Positions 9,396-19,122 of a stretch of DNA of 64,000 nt are shown here, piece by piece. How positions within the stretch are numbered: position 1 is the stretch's first letter; the number at the start of each line of letters is the position of its first letter. The translations under genes and the position numbers were made by a program. Below the pieces are notes generated by a model. The model was not told the DNA's origin and searched no databases. It saw only the letters and a list, made by a program, of their open reading frames with translations. Origin of the DNA: Myxococcota bacterium (GTDB lineage Bacteria > Myxococcota_A > SURF-8); the NCBI GenBank assembly GCA_963674735.2, contig CAXXQS010000002.1:1376001-1440000 (forward strand), given 5' to 3'.

Positions 9396-10481
9396 ATGCG
9401 TAAACGGCTGACACAATCGAATCAAGGTTTTACACTGGTCGAGTTGATGATCGCGATGATGCTATCCAGTGTCGTGATCGGGGCGGGCTTCGCTTTGTTT
9501 ATCAACTCCAACCGTATCCACCATTCCTCCACCCAGACCAGCATGGTCCAGCAGGTCGCACGGGCGGCCTTGGAGATGATGTCCAACGAGTTGCTGATGG
9601 CGGGCTTTGGAACGGTGGATCCGTTTATCGTGCGGTACGATTACGCCGGGAACGCCAGCCAGGAAGACGAAATGGCATTTCCGTCCGGAACCGTCAACAG
9701 TACGACCGGTCCGGATCGGATGCAGTTTCAGGTGTCCTTGGGCGGCATGTCCATCATGGCGGAAAACCTCAGCAAAGATCAACTCAACGATGTGGCGGTC
9801 AAACTGCTGGATAGCCAGGGAGTCGATCTGCTGAAAGTCGGTGATCCGGTGGTGTTTTTCAACCTCGACCGTTTGCGGATGGGCAGCGGCACCTTGGGTG
9901 ATCTGGATGCCGAGGACAAGACCTTCAAGCTCAGCGGTGAAGTGCAGATGGGCACGAATGATGCCGAGGTTACCAGTTTCGAGCCGGGAACGTTGATTGT
10001 GCGTCGCCCGGTGTTTGTGACCTATGCGCTCGACGGAACCAACCTGCTGCGCTGTGTCCGTAACGAGCGCGAATCGGGGACACCCTGCGATATGGCCAAT
10101 CTTTCCGAGGATGTGGACCCCGATACCCAGGAAACCACGTTCGTATTGGCGCGTGGTCTGAAAGATCTCCAGCTCAGCTATCTGCTTGAGGATGCCATTA
10201 CGTCCGCTTCTCCGCAGGGTGGCGATTTCGTGCCGATCCGCGGTGGCGAGGCGTTGCCGGACGGTTGGCGACATCGTATTCGGGCAGTCAAGATCGAGCT
10301 GTTGGTACAGAGCAAAGAGCCGGATCCCATGGTCACCAACTGCGCCATGGCCAAACGGAAATACTACATCGGCGATCGGATCGTGAATGTGGAAGAAAGC
10401 GGTGAGTGTGAACTCAGCCACGTACACATTTCCACGGTCGTGCATTTGCCGAATATGTTTACTTATTTCTCGGGTGTTTGA
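9396..10481 (+). CDS. pilW: Minor pilin PilW
   Basis: QG|FTLVELMIAM, ARAALEMMSNELLMAGF, VLARGLKDLQLSY, IRAVKIELLVQS, STVVHLPN. Confidence 0.9.
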   Translation: MRKRLTQSNQGFTLVELMIAMMLSSVVIGAGFALFINSNRIHHSSTQTSMVQQVARAALEMMSNELLMAGFGTVDPFIVRYDYAGNASQEDEMAFPSGTVNSTTGPDRMQFQVSLGGMSIMAENLSKDQLNDVAVKLLDSQGVDLLKVGDPVVFFNLDRLRMGSGTLGDLDAEDKTFKLSGEVQMGTNDAEVTSFEPGTLIVRRPVFVTYALDGTNLLRCVRNERESGTPCDMANLSEDVDPDTQETTFVLARGLKDLQLSYLLEDAITSASPQGGDFVPIRGGEALPDGWRHRIRAVKIELLVQSKEPDPMVTNCAMAKRKYYIGDRIVNVEESGECELSHVHISTVVHLPNMFTYFSGV

Positions 10482-10496
10482 CGGGAGGATGGACGT

Positions 10497-11021
10497 ATGA
10501 CGACTCAAATGAAAATCCAGTCTCCGGCCCGCTTGATTGAAAACACCCGAGGCTTGACCTTGCTGGTGTCTTTGATTCTTTTGGTTGTGATGTCGCTGGT
10601 GGGTGTGGTGGCCGTCAACATGGCGGTGCAGGAGGGCAAGATCGCCGTAAACTTTCAGGATTCTATGCGGGATCTGACGTTTGCGGAAGGGGGCATCGAG
10701 CGGGCTCGCCAAGTGATTATGGCGTCGCCCAACCCGGAACTGCCGGGCTACGATTGCACCTCGGACGACAATACGCACTACTTCCCCGATGGCGCTCAGG
10801 CGACTGAAACACGCGCGCGGTTTTGTATCGAGCTGATAACGGTCGACATCAAGGGTTTGAGTGAAGGCCGTGGTTCCGGGCAAGATCAAGGGGTGAAGAC
10901 CATCACCTACACGTATAAGGTCGATTCTGCCGTGGTGCGCGAAAATGAGGTGGATAGCACTCAGGAAATTGTGTTGCGGCAGATTCAGACTCTCGAACAA
11001 CAGACCCGTTTCTCCATTTAG
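10497..11021 (+). CDS. pilX: Minor pilin PilX
   Basis: RG|LTLLVSLILLVVMSLVG lacks E5, as expected for PilX; FAEGGIERA; located between pilW and pilY1. Confidence 0.88.
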   Translation: MTTQMKIQSPARLIENTRGLTLLVSLILLVVMSLVGVVAVNMAVQEGKIAVNFQDSMRDLTFAEGGIERARQVIMASPNPELPGYDCTSDDNTHYFPDGAQATETRARFCIELITVDIKGLSEGRGSGQDQGVKTITYTYKVDSAVVRENEVDSTQEIVLRQIQTLEQQTRFSI

Positions 11022-11031
11022 GGAGATTACG

Positions 11032-14000
11032 ATGAGAAAACGTTTCGTTATTTTAGTCACTCTCGCTTTTGCCTTTTGGGCCATGGCTTCCGTCGCTTCC
11101 GCGCAGGTGGAGCGTAGCGATGTCTCTCTGGACGGCAGCGAGTATTATTTCACCCTTGATGGATTGGACGGCGGTGTCGCCGACCGGTGTGGCGGGGAAT
11201 ATTCCGGGACGGCTTCCGCCGGCGAGGTGGGGGTCAGCCTTTATCTCAATCCGGATAAAAAACTCAACATGCACGGTTCCATCCAGCCGAACTACGACGA
11301 TGGCCGTCCCGATCTGGATGTGACGTCGGCTCGGCGCGGGTCACCGATTTGCGTGCGCGGGGAACAGGTTTACACGGTCGTGAGCCGCTCCTCCGGCAGT
11401 TCGGGCCTCACGATTCCCGGCATGACGAACATGATGATCGGGATGCGTTTTGATGAGCTGTGCAATCAGGGAGACGATGCCTTGTGTCAGTGGAGTTCGG
11501 CTTTTGCGGAAGGCCGTCTCGACACCATCAGCTTCGATAGTATCGCCGATCTGCGCGGTCTCAGCCAAACCGAGAAAGATGCCGTGGGAACGCGGTTCCC
11601 CGGCGATATCGGGCGGCGGATGAAATACCTGGTGCTGTCGCCTTTGTTTTCAAATCCCAGTATGGGACGTTACGACGATCTTATCCAGTCGCGTCATCAG
11701 ATCTGGACCGACACGGGTAATCCGAGCACGGAAGACATTATTACGATCACCCAATATGTTTATTCCCCAAACAATAAGCCTTATTTCGATGTTACCTGGG
11801 AAATCCAGCCGCTGAATCTCGATTTCGAGGATGTCACGTTTTGGGTAGCGGCAGATACGTTTACCGCCGGAAACGACTTCGGGTACGGTTATCTGTGCAA
11901 CCTGCAATACGACAACGAAACCGATGGGACGACGGATGACGATTGGAACAGCGCCACCATTTCCGGTGGTACGGGCGGTTCGTCGTTTTTCCAGGGTATG
12001 ATCGGTCTGCATCCGTCGGCGAAGCAGTTCGAAGGCTGGTGGGCCGCCGTATTCGAGTTGATCCGCAAGAACGCTTTTCCCACCTTCGACGCGTCCAATC
12101 CCCTCAAACCCGTGTTGATGGATAGTGACAGCAATTCGGTATTCGAGCTGGAGCCGTCGGTTGCGTTGACGACGCTTGACGACAACGGGATTGCGCACGA
12201 ATGGAACGAATTGACGCTGTCTGCCGACAAGCCGACATTCATCTCGATGCGGTGGACCTTCGACGATCCGATTCAGCGTTCCAGTTATGGAACGACGCGG
12301 TCGTTGTTTGTCGTATCCAGTGATGATAAGTCCGTCGCCAACCTGGCGGATTCGAATCTGACCGACCGCATCGAACCGATGGTTTTCGATATCAATTTCG
12401 ATCCCAACCACTGGCGTGGCAATGTCAATGGTTTCCACATGCCGAAGCCCTGCAACAGCAACGAAGAGTGCAAGTTGGGTGATTTGGCTCTGTCTTGCCT
12501 GGATTCGCCGGAGTGCGAGGATCAGGCCGGATGTCCCAAGTATTGCGCAATGGGGTATTGCGATGCGAACGGCGATTGCTCCGATGCCAACAACAACTGT
12601 GTTTTCAACTTCTGCACTCCCGGAACCAAGTGGTATGCGGATGGCCGTGGTGAAGACTGGCAAACCGAAAAGATGACGTCCGATCAATGGCAGGATCGCG
12701 TGTTGTTCACTTACGATACGGATGGCACTTTTTATCGGATCAATAGCAGCTTCAAATCCCACTTTGCCCGCGCCTTGCACGATGCGGGCGTTGCCGGTTT
12801 CGAGGGGGACGTAAGCAATGTCAGCGATCCCCTGTACGATTCGATGCTCGAGCGAGCGGAGGACGTTCTGGATTGGACGCTGGGAAGCCTGAACTACGCG
12901 ACGGAAGAGGGCAAGCAAGCTGATACGCGCAAAGTTGTGCACTCCAATGAATCGCACGATTTCGATCTTCACAATCCGTTGAATTTGGATGCGCTTCAAA
13001 ACGATCCCCGATCGTTTATCGTCATGTTGCGTGAACGTTACGACAACGACGATCTAAGCAACCGTTGGCTTCTCGGTGACATCGCGCACGCCGATCCCGT
13101 TTACCTGGGTGCGACTCCGGTGAACAGTTGGGCCGATGTGGGACCGTCCCCGACTTACAGCGAATGGGTGTCGGACAAGGACAGTGGCTACATGGATCGT
13201 GCGCCGGTTTTGCTGGTGGCGGCCAACGATGGCATCCTCCATTGCTTCGATGCGATGACCGGCCAAGAGGTCTGGGGCTTCGTTCCGTGGGATGGCCTCC
13301 CCAATTTAATGGAACTTTCCAAGCCGTTTTATGAGCAGGTGCGTTCTCCCACGATGGACCTCAAGCCGGTCGTGCACGATGCCTACGATTCGGTGGGTGG
13401 CAAGGGTTGGCGCAGCGTTCTCATGGTCGGCAGCCGTGGGGGCGGTACGCATTACTGGGCGATGGATATTACGCCGAAAAACGGTCACTTGGCTCCCTCC
13501 AATCCGGATGAAGCCGCCAGCTGGGTGGGTCATCTCGATTTCATGTGGTACTTCACCGATGACGATTTGGGTTTGACCTATTCCGTGCCGACTTCAGGGC
13601 GCTTCCGTTATTGCTCCGGTTGCAGCTTCAACGACGATGTCGATTCGCGTTGGTTGACTTTTATCGGGTCGGGCTATGCGGAGAATTCCGCCGAACAGAT
13701 GAACAAGCAGGGATATTTTTACGCCCTCGACATGTTCGATGTCGAACCTTCCGGGGTGCGAAAAAATCAGCCGAAGATGGTGTCGAAAGTTCGCATTTCC
13801 AGTCAGGAAAACAATCTGCTTGGCTTGGATGCTTCCAACGGGGAAGAATTCCTTTTGGGTAATGTGATGACCTCGGCCACCGTGGCGGATGCCTGGGGTT
13901 GGGGTGAGGACGCTTCGACCAATTTCCCGGTTCAGGCGGGGGAATCTGTCGAACAGGATGGGTATGAGGATACCATCTACATTGGTGACTTGGTCGGCAA

Positions 14001-15171
14001 CCTGATTCGATTCCGAGTCAAACCGGCTATTTATGGCGCCGACCCGGAAGAAAACACCAACATCGTGGGTCAGGTTATCTTCAAGACCTGGCAATCTCCG
14101 AAAAGCAGTTCTGAAAGCTACACACTGTCTGAATATAAACAGACGGTCCTCAATCCGCGTCTGATCGCCGCCAGTGCGGCCAGTGGGTCGGACTTGGATG
14201 ATCAGACTTATGATTTCTACAAATATCCGCGGCCGATTACCGCCCGCCCGGTTGTCTGGCGAACCGAGAAGACCGGGGCCAATCGAACGGACTTCATGGG
14301 AAATACGGATAACCTGGGCCAAATCATGGTGATGTTCGGTTCGGGCAAGTACGATGCTTTCTACGACAGTTTCGATGCTTTTTTACATAACCCGAACGAC
14401 CCGAACTGTGCGACCGTCGAGCAGAATATCGGCTATTCAAGCGCGTGTGTGCGTGATTATCAGCAGATGTTTGCCGTGGTGGACCATCAGGAAGAGTCCG
14501 GAGCTGGATCGGTGGTGCCATGGTCGGACCTCATCGAAAACCAAGTGACCGATGAGCAACTGAGTGCAGGCGATGTCGATTCGGAGACGGCCGGAAGTGG
14601 TGCCGAGATCTGGGTGCGCTCGGTTACACCGGTGGTCGACCCCGAAACCCGCTCCGACAGGCGAGGTTGGTACATTACGTTCAATTCGCGAAATGCAGAT
14701 GGCAGCGAAATTACTCAAAACCGCGGCGAGAAGGTTATTACCGAGCCGGCGGTTGTGGAGCAGGAAAACTTGTTCCGTTCGACCTCGGAAACGGCCCAGC
14801 GTGAATGGGTGGCGTTTTTCACCACCTTTACTCCGAATATGCAGGGTACGTGCGATATCCGTGCGGTGGACGACCCGAATGCCGGTGGTGGTTTCTTGAT
14901 GACGGTTTCGGCGGAATGGGGTGGCAATCCCAGTTTTGCCGTACAGGATGTCACCGGCAATCAGCGTCTGACTTCCAAAGATACTACGTCGGGGCAAGGG
15001 TATGCCGGACGTAAGTACAGCGGGTCGATTTTGTCGAAGGTGATGGTCGATCCTTACAGCAAGGCTGTCTACGTCAAAACCGGTCCCGAAGACGCCGTGA
15101 TGCGTATCCAAACGGCGGGGCTGCCGTATCTGCATGAAGCGAAAACCATGTTCTATCGCGTGGTGCGATAG
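11032..15171 (+). CDS. pilY1: Pilus tip adhesin PilY1 (~1,379 aa)
   Basis: Start moved to ATG 11032 (GGGAG RBS; signal peptide MRKRFVILVTLAFAFWAMASVASA). PilY1 beta-propeller motifs LGDIAHADP, ANDGILHCFDAMTGQEVWGFVP, LGLTYSVP, DGYEDTIYIGDLVGNL, VMFGSG, GWYITF, GEKVITEP, FFTTFTP. Confidence 0.92.
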   Translation: MRKRFVILVTLAFAFWAMASVASAQVERSDVSLDGSEYYFTLDGLDGGVADRCGGEYSGTASAGEVGVSLYLNPDKKLNMHGSIQPNYDDGRPDLDVTSARRGSPICVRGEQVYTVVSRSSGSSGLTIPGMTNMMIGMRFDELCNQGDDALCQWSSAFAEGRLDTISFDSIADLRGLSQTEKDAVGTRFPGDIGRRMKYLVLSPLFSNPSMGRYDDLIQSRHQIWTDTGNPSTEDIITITQYVYSPNNKPYFDVTWEIQPLNLDFEDVTFWVAADTFTAGNDFGYGYLCNLQYDNETDGTTDDDWNSATISGGTGGSSFFQGMIGLHPSAKQFEGWWAAVFELIRKNAFPTFDASNPLKPVLMDSDSNSVFELEPSVALTTLDDNGIAHEWNELTLSADKPTFISMRWTFDDPIQRSSYGTTRSLFVVSSDDKSVANLADSNLTDRIEPMVFDINFDPNHWRGNVNGFHMPKPCNSNEECKLGDLALSCLDSPECEDQAGCPKYCAMGYCDANGDCSDANNNCVFNFCTPGTKWYADGRGEDWQTEKMTSDQWQDRVLFTYDTDGTFYRINSSFKSHFARALHDAGVAGFEGDVSNVSDPLYDSMLERAEDVLDWTLGSLNYATEEGKQADTRKVVHSNESHDFDLHNPLNLDALQNDPRSFIVMLRERYDNDDLSNRWLLGDIAHADPVYLGATPVNSWADVGPSPTYSEWVSDKDSGYMDRAPVLLVAANDGILHCFDAMTGQEVWGFVPWDGLPNLMELSKPFYEQVRSPTMDLKPVVHDAYDSVGGKGWRSVLMVGSRGGGTHYWAMDITPKNGHLAPSNPDEAASWVGHLDFMWYFTDDDLGLTYSVPTSGRFRYCSGCSFNDDVDSRWLTFIGSGYAENSAEQMNKQGYFYALDMFDVEPSGVRKNQPKMVSKVRISSQENNLLGLDASNGEEFLLGNVMTSATVADAWGWGEDASTNFPVQAGESVEQDGYEDTIYIGDLVGNLIRFRVKPAIYGADPEENTNIVGQVIFKTWQSPKSSSESYTLSEYKQTVLNPRLIAASAASGSDLDDQTYDFYKYPRPITARPVVWRTEKTGANRTDFMGNTDNLGQIMVMFGSGKYDAFYDSFDAFLHNPNDPNCATVEQNIGYSSACVRDYQQMFAVVDHQEESGAGSVVPWSDLIENQVTDEQLSAGDVDSETAGSGAEIWVRSVTPVVDPETRSDRRGWYITFNSRNADGSEITQNRGEKVITEPAVVEQENLFRSTSETAQREWVAFFTTFTPNMQGTCDIRAVDDPNAGGGFLMTVSAEWGGNPSFAVQDVTGNQRLTSKDTTSGQGYAGRKYSGSILSKVMVDPYSKAVYVKTGPEDAVMRIQTAGLPYLHEAKTMFYRVVR

Positions 15172-15186
15172 GAACGGAGCGTTAAA

Positions 15187-15705
15187 ATGAGCAAACAGCC
15201 GAATCCATTGAAAATTGCGGCCCGCCCGATCCGTTTCGGGTTGGTTTTGGCGATGGTTCTCCTGGTAGCCATGCCGTTGTTGGCCCAAGAATCGACTCGC
15301 GCGCCGTTGTACAAGGTCGGGAATCCGGCGTCGGTGGCTGCAACAGCCGACGCGAGTTCGACCGACTCCAAAGTAACGGGCGAGGTGGAATCGCTGAAGT
15401 CGTATGAAGGTGATGTGGTTTTTGCTCTGGTGGGATGGCCGGTGGTGATTCGCATTACCGATGATACCGTTTTTGTTTCCGAATCTCTGGCCGTTTCCAA
15501 GCTTTCGGCGGCCGATGTCTTGAAAAACCGCGCCGTAACGGTCGTGCTGCGCATGGACCCGGAGCGTGGTTACCTGGCCGACAGCATTACCATTCATGAT
15601 TATGCCAAGCTGCAGCAGGTGCGCCGCGAACGCGAAGATGATGATATTCGTTACATTTTGCGGCACAAAGACTTGGGTGGATTGGAAGTCGAGAAACGGA
15701 ACTGA
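15187..15705 (+). CDS. Small secreted beta-rich protein (OB-fold/DUF5666-like; occupies the PilY2 position)
   Basis: GGAG RBS, signal peptide ending LLA|Q, pattern VTGEVES...IRITDDTVF...VTV...ADSITI; 15 bp after pilY1. Confidence 0.6.
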   Translation: MSKQPNPLKIAARPIRFGLVLAMVLLVAMPLLAQESTRAPLYKVGNPASVAATADASSTDSKVTGEVESLKSYEGDVVFALVGWPVVIRITDDTVFVSESLAVSKLSAADVLKNRAVTVVLRMDPERGYLADSITIHDYAKLQQVRREREDDDIRYILRHKDLGGLEVEKRN

Positions 15706-15832
15706 AAAGGTGGGAATTATGCGGATAGCCCGCACCATTAATAGTGACTGTCGTTATGCAGTAAGACGAACACCGTGCAGTGCGAAGAATGAAGCCGAGG
15801 GCCGCATGGCTGCAAGGCAGGGAGAAGGACCC

Positions 15833-18800
15833 ATGGTACGTTGGGCCGGAAATAACGGAATAATGGTCGGAATGACCTTGTTGCTCGTCGCCTTCTTGGT
15901 GATCGCCTGCGGAGGTGGATCGGAAAGCCAGCCGGGCGATGACAGCTGTGGACCTCACGGCGAGCGCGTGGGTGGTGTTTGCGTGTGCGACGACGGCTAT
16001 ATTGCCAGCGGTGACACCTGCATCCCTTTGCCCGACCAGGATATCGATATCGACCGGGAGCCGGATGATCCCACCGACGGCGATGTCCCGGGCGATGAAG
16101 ACAAGCCGGTGGATGCCGATGTCGATGGGGACGATCCCGACGGCGATGTCGATGGGGACGATCCCGACGGCGACCAGGATACCGTGCCGTGTAACTGCCC
16201 GGTAATCAACGGAACTTTCTGTGTGGATCCGCTGATCGTCAACCCGGCCGATTATCGCCAGGTGGAAATCAGCTCTGCCCAGCAACCCGGCTGCAAGCTG
16301 CATGTGAACGTGCGCACGTCGCGGCAGGTGGTGTTCGATGGTGAAATATCTTGTGATGCAAACGGCCACTCGCTTTTGGCGGCTTTGGGCTGTGATTTCA
16401 GTTATGATGGGGTGGCGGGGGCTATTTACGTATTCTGCGATCCCTATACCTACAGTTTTAAAAGTGAATTCTGTGCAACGGGCGATGCCGATCTCGATCC
16501 GGAAGCGGATACCGACGGCGACCTCGATCCCGATCTCGAACCGGATCTCGATCCCGATCTCGAACCGGAACCGGACAGCGACGGTGATACGGACGGTGAT
16601 ACGGACGGCGATACGGATGGGGACACGGATGGCGATACGGATGGGGATACGGACGGCGATCTCGAATTAGGGTGTGAATTCGGTGCGTTGGCTTGCCAGG
16701 GCAACATGGTTTATAGCTGCAATATGGACGGCCAGTGGGAGTTCAGCCTGGATTGTGCGCTTTCCAGCTTGATTTGCATGGACGGCTATTGCGTTCCGGA
16801 AATCGTGGACGGTGACGATACCGATAGCGATCAAGTCGATGGAGATGTGGAATCCGGTAAATGCTTGAACGATGCGGATTGTGCGGACTATCAGATCTGC
16901 CACCAGCAATCGGGCGAGTGTATTGATGGATGTCATCCCCAGGAACGTCCTTGTCCGAACGGTCAAACCTGTGAAACCACTGGCTTCTGCAGTGGCGACC
17001 CCACTTCCTGCACCACCGAAAATGAGGATGAGGTTTGCGGTTGGGGGCACTACTGCAGTGCGGATAGCAACACCTGCGTGCGCGAATGCTGGGCCTTGCA
17101 GCCTTGCTGGTCGCCCACGGTTTGTATTCTCGATAAAGGACGCTGCGGTCAGGCTTGTAGCAATCATGGCGACTGCCCCGAGTGCAACTACTGTCGAAAT
17201 GAGCAGGGCTGCTACATCGGCGAATGCTGCTTCGATTCCCAGTGCGAAAACGGGAGTTGCATCGACGCGTTCTGCGTCCCCGATTCGATCGACGGCGATG
17301 AGGATATCGAACCGGATGCCGAGATCGAAATCGAAGAAGAGCCGCTTCCTTGTAGTGTCGATAATCCTTGTGATTACGGGTACTATTGCTCGGGTGGCGA
17401 GTGTCGCCAAGACTGCGCGAGTGCTGAGGAATGCGAATTGGCCAACGGCGGCGGCAATTGGAACTGCAACGAGTTCGGCCAATGCGAATCCCTGCCTTGC
17501 ACGACGAATGACCATTGCCAGGATCACTATTTCTGTTTCGAAGGCAACTGCGTGCAGCAATGCCTCTATGATAATCAGTGTGCGCACTACGAGTTCTGCA
17601 CCGAGTTCGGCCAGTGCGTCACCAAGCCCGATTATGAAGAAGAGGTGGTGCCCGACTGCACCGAGGATGCCCACTGCGATGAATATCATTACTGCGGTCC
17701 GGAAAACACCTGCATTCAAGATTGCGCCACCGACCCCGAGTGTCAAACGCAGTATGGCGAGTTCTGGATCTGCGGTCCGCACGGCCATTGCATGGATAAC
17801 GCCAGCGATTACGCCGAGGATGAGTGCACCGAGGATGCGCATTGCGCGCCGGGTTATTACTGCCAGGATTACGAATGCAGGCAGGATTGCACCCCGCCGC
17901 GTTACGGCTGCGGTTACGACCAGATCTGCGACGAGTTCGGACGTTGCGTGGCTTGCGGCGGCGATACCGACTACGAGTGTTTCATGGGCAATCTGGAGTA
18001 TGATTACGACGAATTCGCCGGATCCTGCAACACCATTTACGATTGTCCCGAATGGTATTTCTGCAACAATAGCGGTATCTGCGAAACCGAATGTCTGCCC
18101 AACTGTCCGGAGGGCAGCACATGCAGCTTGGCTACACGCCGATGCGAGACCTATGAAATCATCGTGCCGGACTGCGACTATGACAGCGATTGCCCGGCCA
18201 CTGAAATCTGCAATGCCGATTTCAAATGCGTCGCGGGTGATTGTCAGACGGACAACGACTGTGGCGCGGGTGCCGTTTGTGTGGATCAGCGTCGTTGCCA
18301 AATCGTTGAAACCGAGTGCACCAGTGATTTCAACTGTCCTCTGGGCCTGTTCTGTGATGAAGCGGATCACGTTTGCCGGATTATGTGCAACAGCTACGTT
18401 CCGTGTGTCTCTGATATCTGCAGCGATCATGGAATGTGCGTGCCTGAAGGAACGACGCAGGTCGGGACGAGTTATTCCTGTTCGGGCGACACCCAATGTC
18501 CCAGCTATTCCCATTGCGAAGGTGGCTTCTGCATGACCGAATGCCGACCGCCCAATGTTCTGTGTCCCAACAATAACATCTGCACGACGCGCGGAGTCTG
18601 TGAGTTATTGACTACCGACGGTGATGTGGATCTCGATCCCGAACTCGAGCCGGAAATCGAAGAAGAGGCCGAGCCCGACTTCTTCATCATCCCCTGCGAA
18701 TCGGACAACGATTGTCCCTTCCATCTGTACTGCGACACCCAGGCTGCACCGAAGCGTTGTTGGGCGGAATGCCTGGGGAACCAGCATTGCCAGTCGGGTC

Positions 18801-19018
18801 AGGTGTGCAGCAATCGCGGGGCTTGCGTATCGGCGGATACCGAGCAGGATGAGAATCAAACCTATCCGACCTGTACCTACGATCAGGACTGCCCACAAGG
18901 GAGTTACTGTTGGTTGAATATCTGTCGCGCGGACTGCGCCGACGTCGAAAATCCCCCGATTTCGCTGCCTTGCGAACCGGGTCAAACCTGTTATGCGGAG
19001 CGTGGAAAATGCCTGTAA
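15833..19018 (+). CDS. Large Cys-rich, Asp-rich lipoprotein (~1,061 aa)
   Basis: Start moved to ATG 15833 (GGAGAAGGA RBS). Lipobox LVIA|C, EGF-like CGPHG...CVCDDGY...C, many CxxDxxC...YC...C...C modules separated by DGDxD/ExE linkers. Confidence 0.85.
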   Translation: MVRWAGNNGIMVGMTLLLVAFLVIACGGGSESQPGDDSCGPHGERVGGVCVCDDGYIASGDTCIPLPDQDIDIDREPDDPTDGDVPGDEDKPVDADVDGDDPDGDVDGDDPDGDQDTVPCNCPVINGTFCVDPLIVNPADYRQVEISSAQQPGCKLHVNVRTSRQVVFDGEISCDANGHSLLAALGCDFSYDGVAGAIYVFCDPYTYSFKSEFCATGDADLDPEADTDGDLDPDLEPDLDPDLEPEPDSDGDTDGDTDGDTDGDTDGDTDGDTDGDLELGCEFGALACQGNMVYSCNMDGQWEFSLDCALSSLICMDGYCVPEIVDGDDTDSDQVDGDVESGKCLNDADCADYQICHQQSGECIDGCHPQERPCPNGQTCETTGFCSGDPTSCTTENEDEVCGWGHYCSADSNTCVRECWALQPCWSPTVCILDKGRCGQACSNHGDCPECNYCRNEQGCYIGECCFDSQCENGSCIDAFCVPDSIDGDEDIEPDAEIEIEEEPLPCSVDNPCDYGYYCSGGECRQDCASAEECELANGGGNWNCNEFGQCESLPCTTNDHCQDHYFCFEGNCVQQCLYDNQCAHYEFCTEFGQCVTKPDYEEEVVPDCTEDAHCDEYHYCGPENTCIQDCATDPECQTQYGEFWICGPHGHCMDNASDYAEDECTEDAHCAPGYYCQDYECRQDCTPPRYGCGYDQICDEFGRCVACGGDTDYECFMGNLEYDYDEFAGSCNTIYDCPEWYFCNNSGICETECLPNCPEGSTCSLATRRCETYEIIVPDCDYDSDCPATEICNADFKCVAGDCQTDNDCGAGAVCVDQRRCQIVETECTSDFNCPLGLFCDEADHVCRIMCNSYVPCVSDICSDHGMCVPEGTTQVGTSYSCSGDTQCPSYSHCEGGFCMTECRPPNVLCPNNNICTTRGVCELLTTDGDVDLDPELEPEIEEEAEPDFFIIPCESDNDCPFHLYCDTQAAPKRCWAECLGNQHCQSGQVCSNRGACVSADTEQDENQTYPTCTYDQDCPQGSYCWLNICRADCADVENPPISLPCEPGQTCYAERGKCL
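16118..16171 (+). repeat. Perfect 27-bp tandem duplication encoding (DVDGDDPDG)x2
   Basis: GATGTCGATGGGGACGATCCCGACGGC x2. Confidence 0.9.
16523..16570 (+). repeat. 24-bp tandem duplication encoding LDPDLEP(D/E)
   Basis: CTCGATCCCGATCTCGAACCGGA(T/A) x2. Confidence 0.85.
16580..16660 (+). repeat. 12-bp coding tandem repeat (DGDT)x6 plus DGD
   Basis: GAYGGNGAYACG units with synonymous variation. Confidence 0.9.
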
Positions 19019-19122
19019 AGACAAGGCTGAACGAAACACCAAGCCGGGTTCTCTGCGACCCGGTGGGATACGATCGACAGACCCCGCGTCAAACCCGTTG
19101 TGCGGAACGGCTGGAGGCCACC

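Noticed and set aside
16490-16660. Short tandem repeats as a possible CRISPR array
   Set aside because: No spacers; the units are multiples of 3 with synonymous variation; no cas genes.
16872-18536. 554-aa alternative-frame plus-strand ORF
   Set aside because: Ala/Thr/Ser/Arg-rich frame artefact of the TGC/GAC-rich lipoprotein gene.
19045-19063. CCGGGT-N8-ACCCGG hairpin between the lipoprotein and giant genes as a terminator
   Set aside because: Short stem with no U-tract; at most a processing or stability element.
18910-19122. Upstream ORF-track starts for the giant protein (also pilY1 10945, lipoprotein 15566, ctpA 50657)
   Set aside because: They overlap upstream genes or the terminator; downstream ATGs have RBSs and give proper signal peptides.
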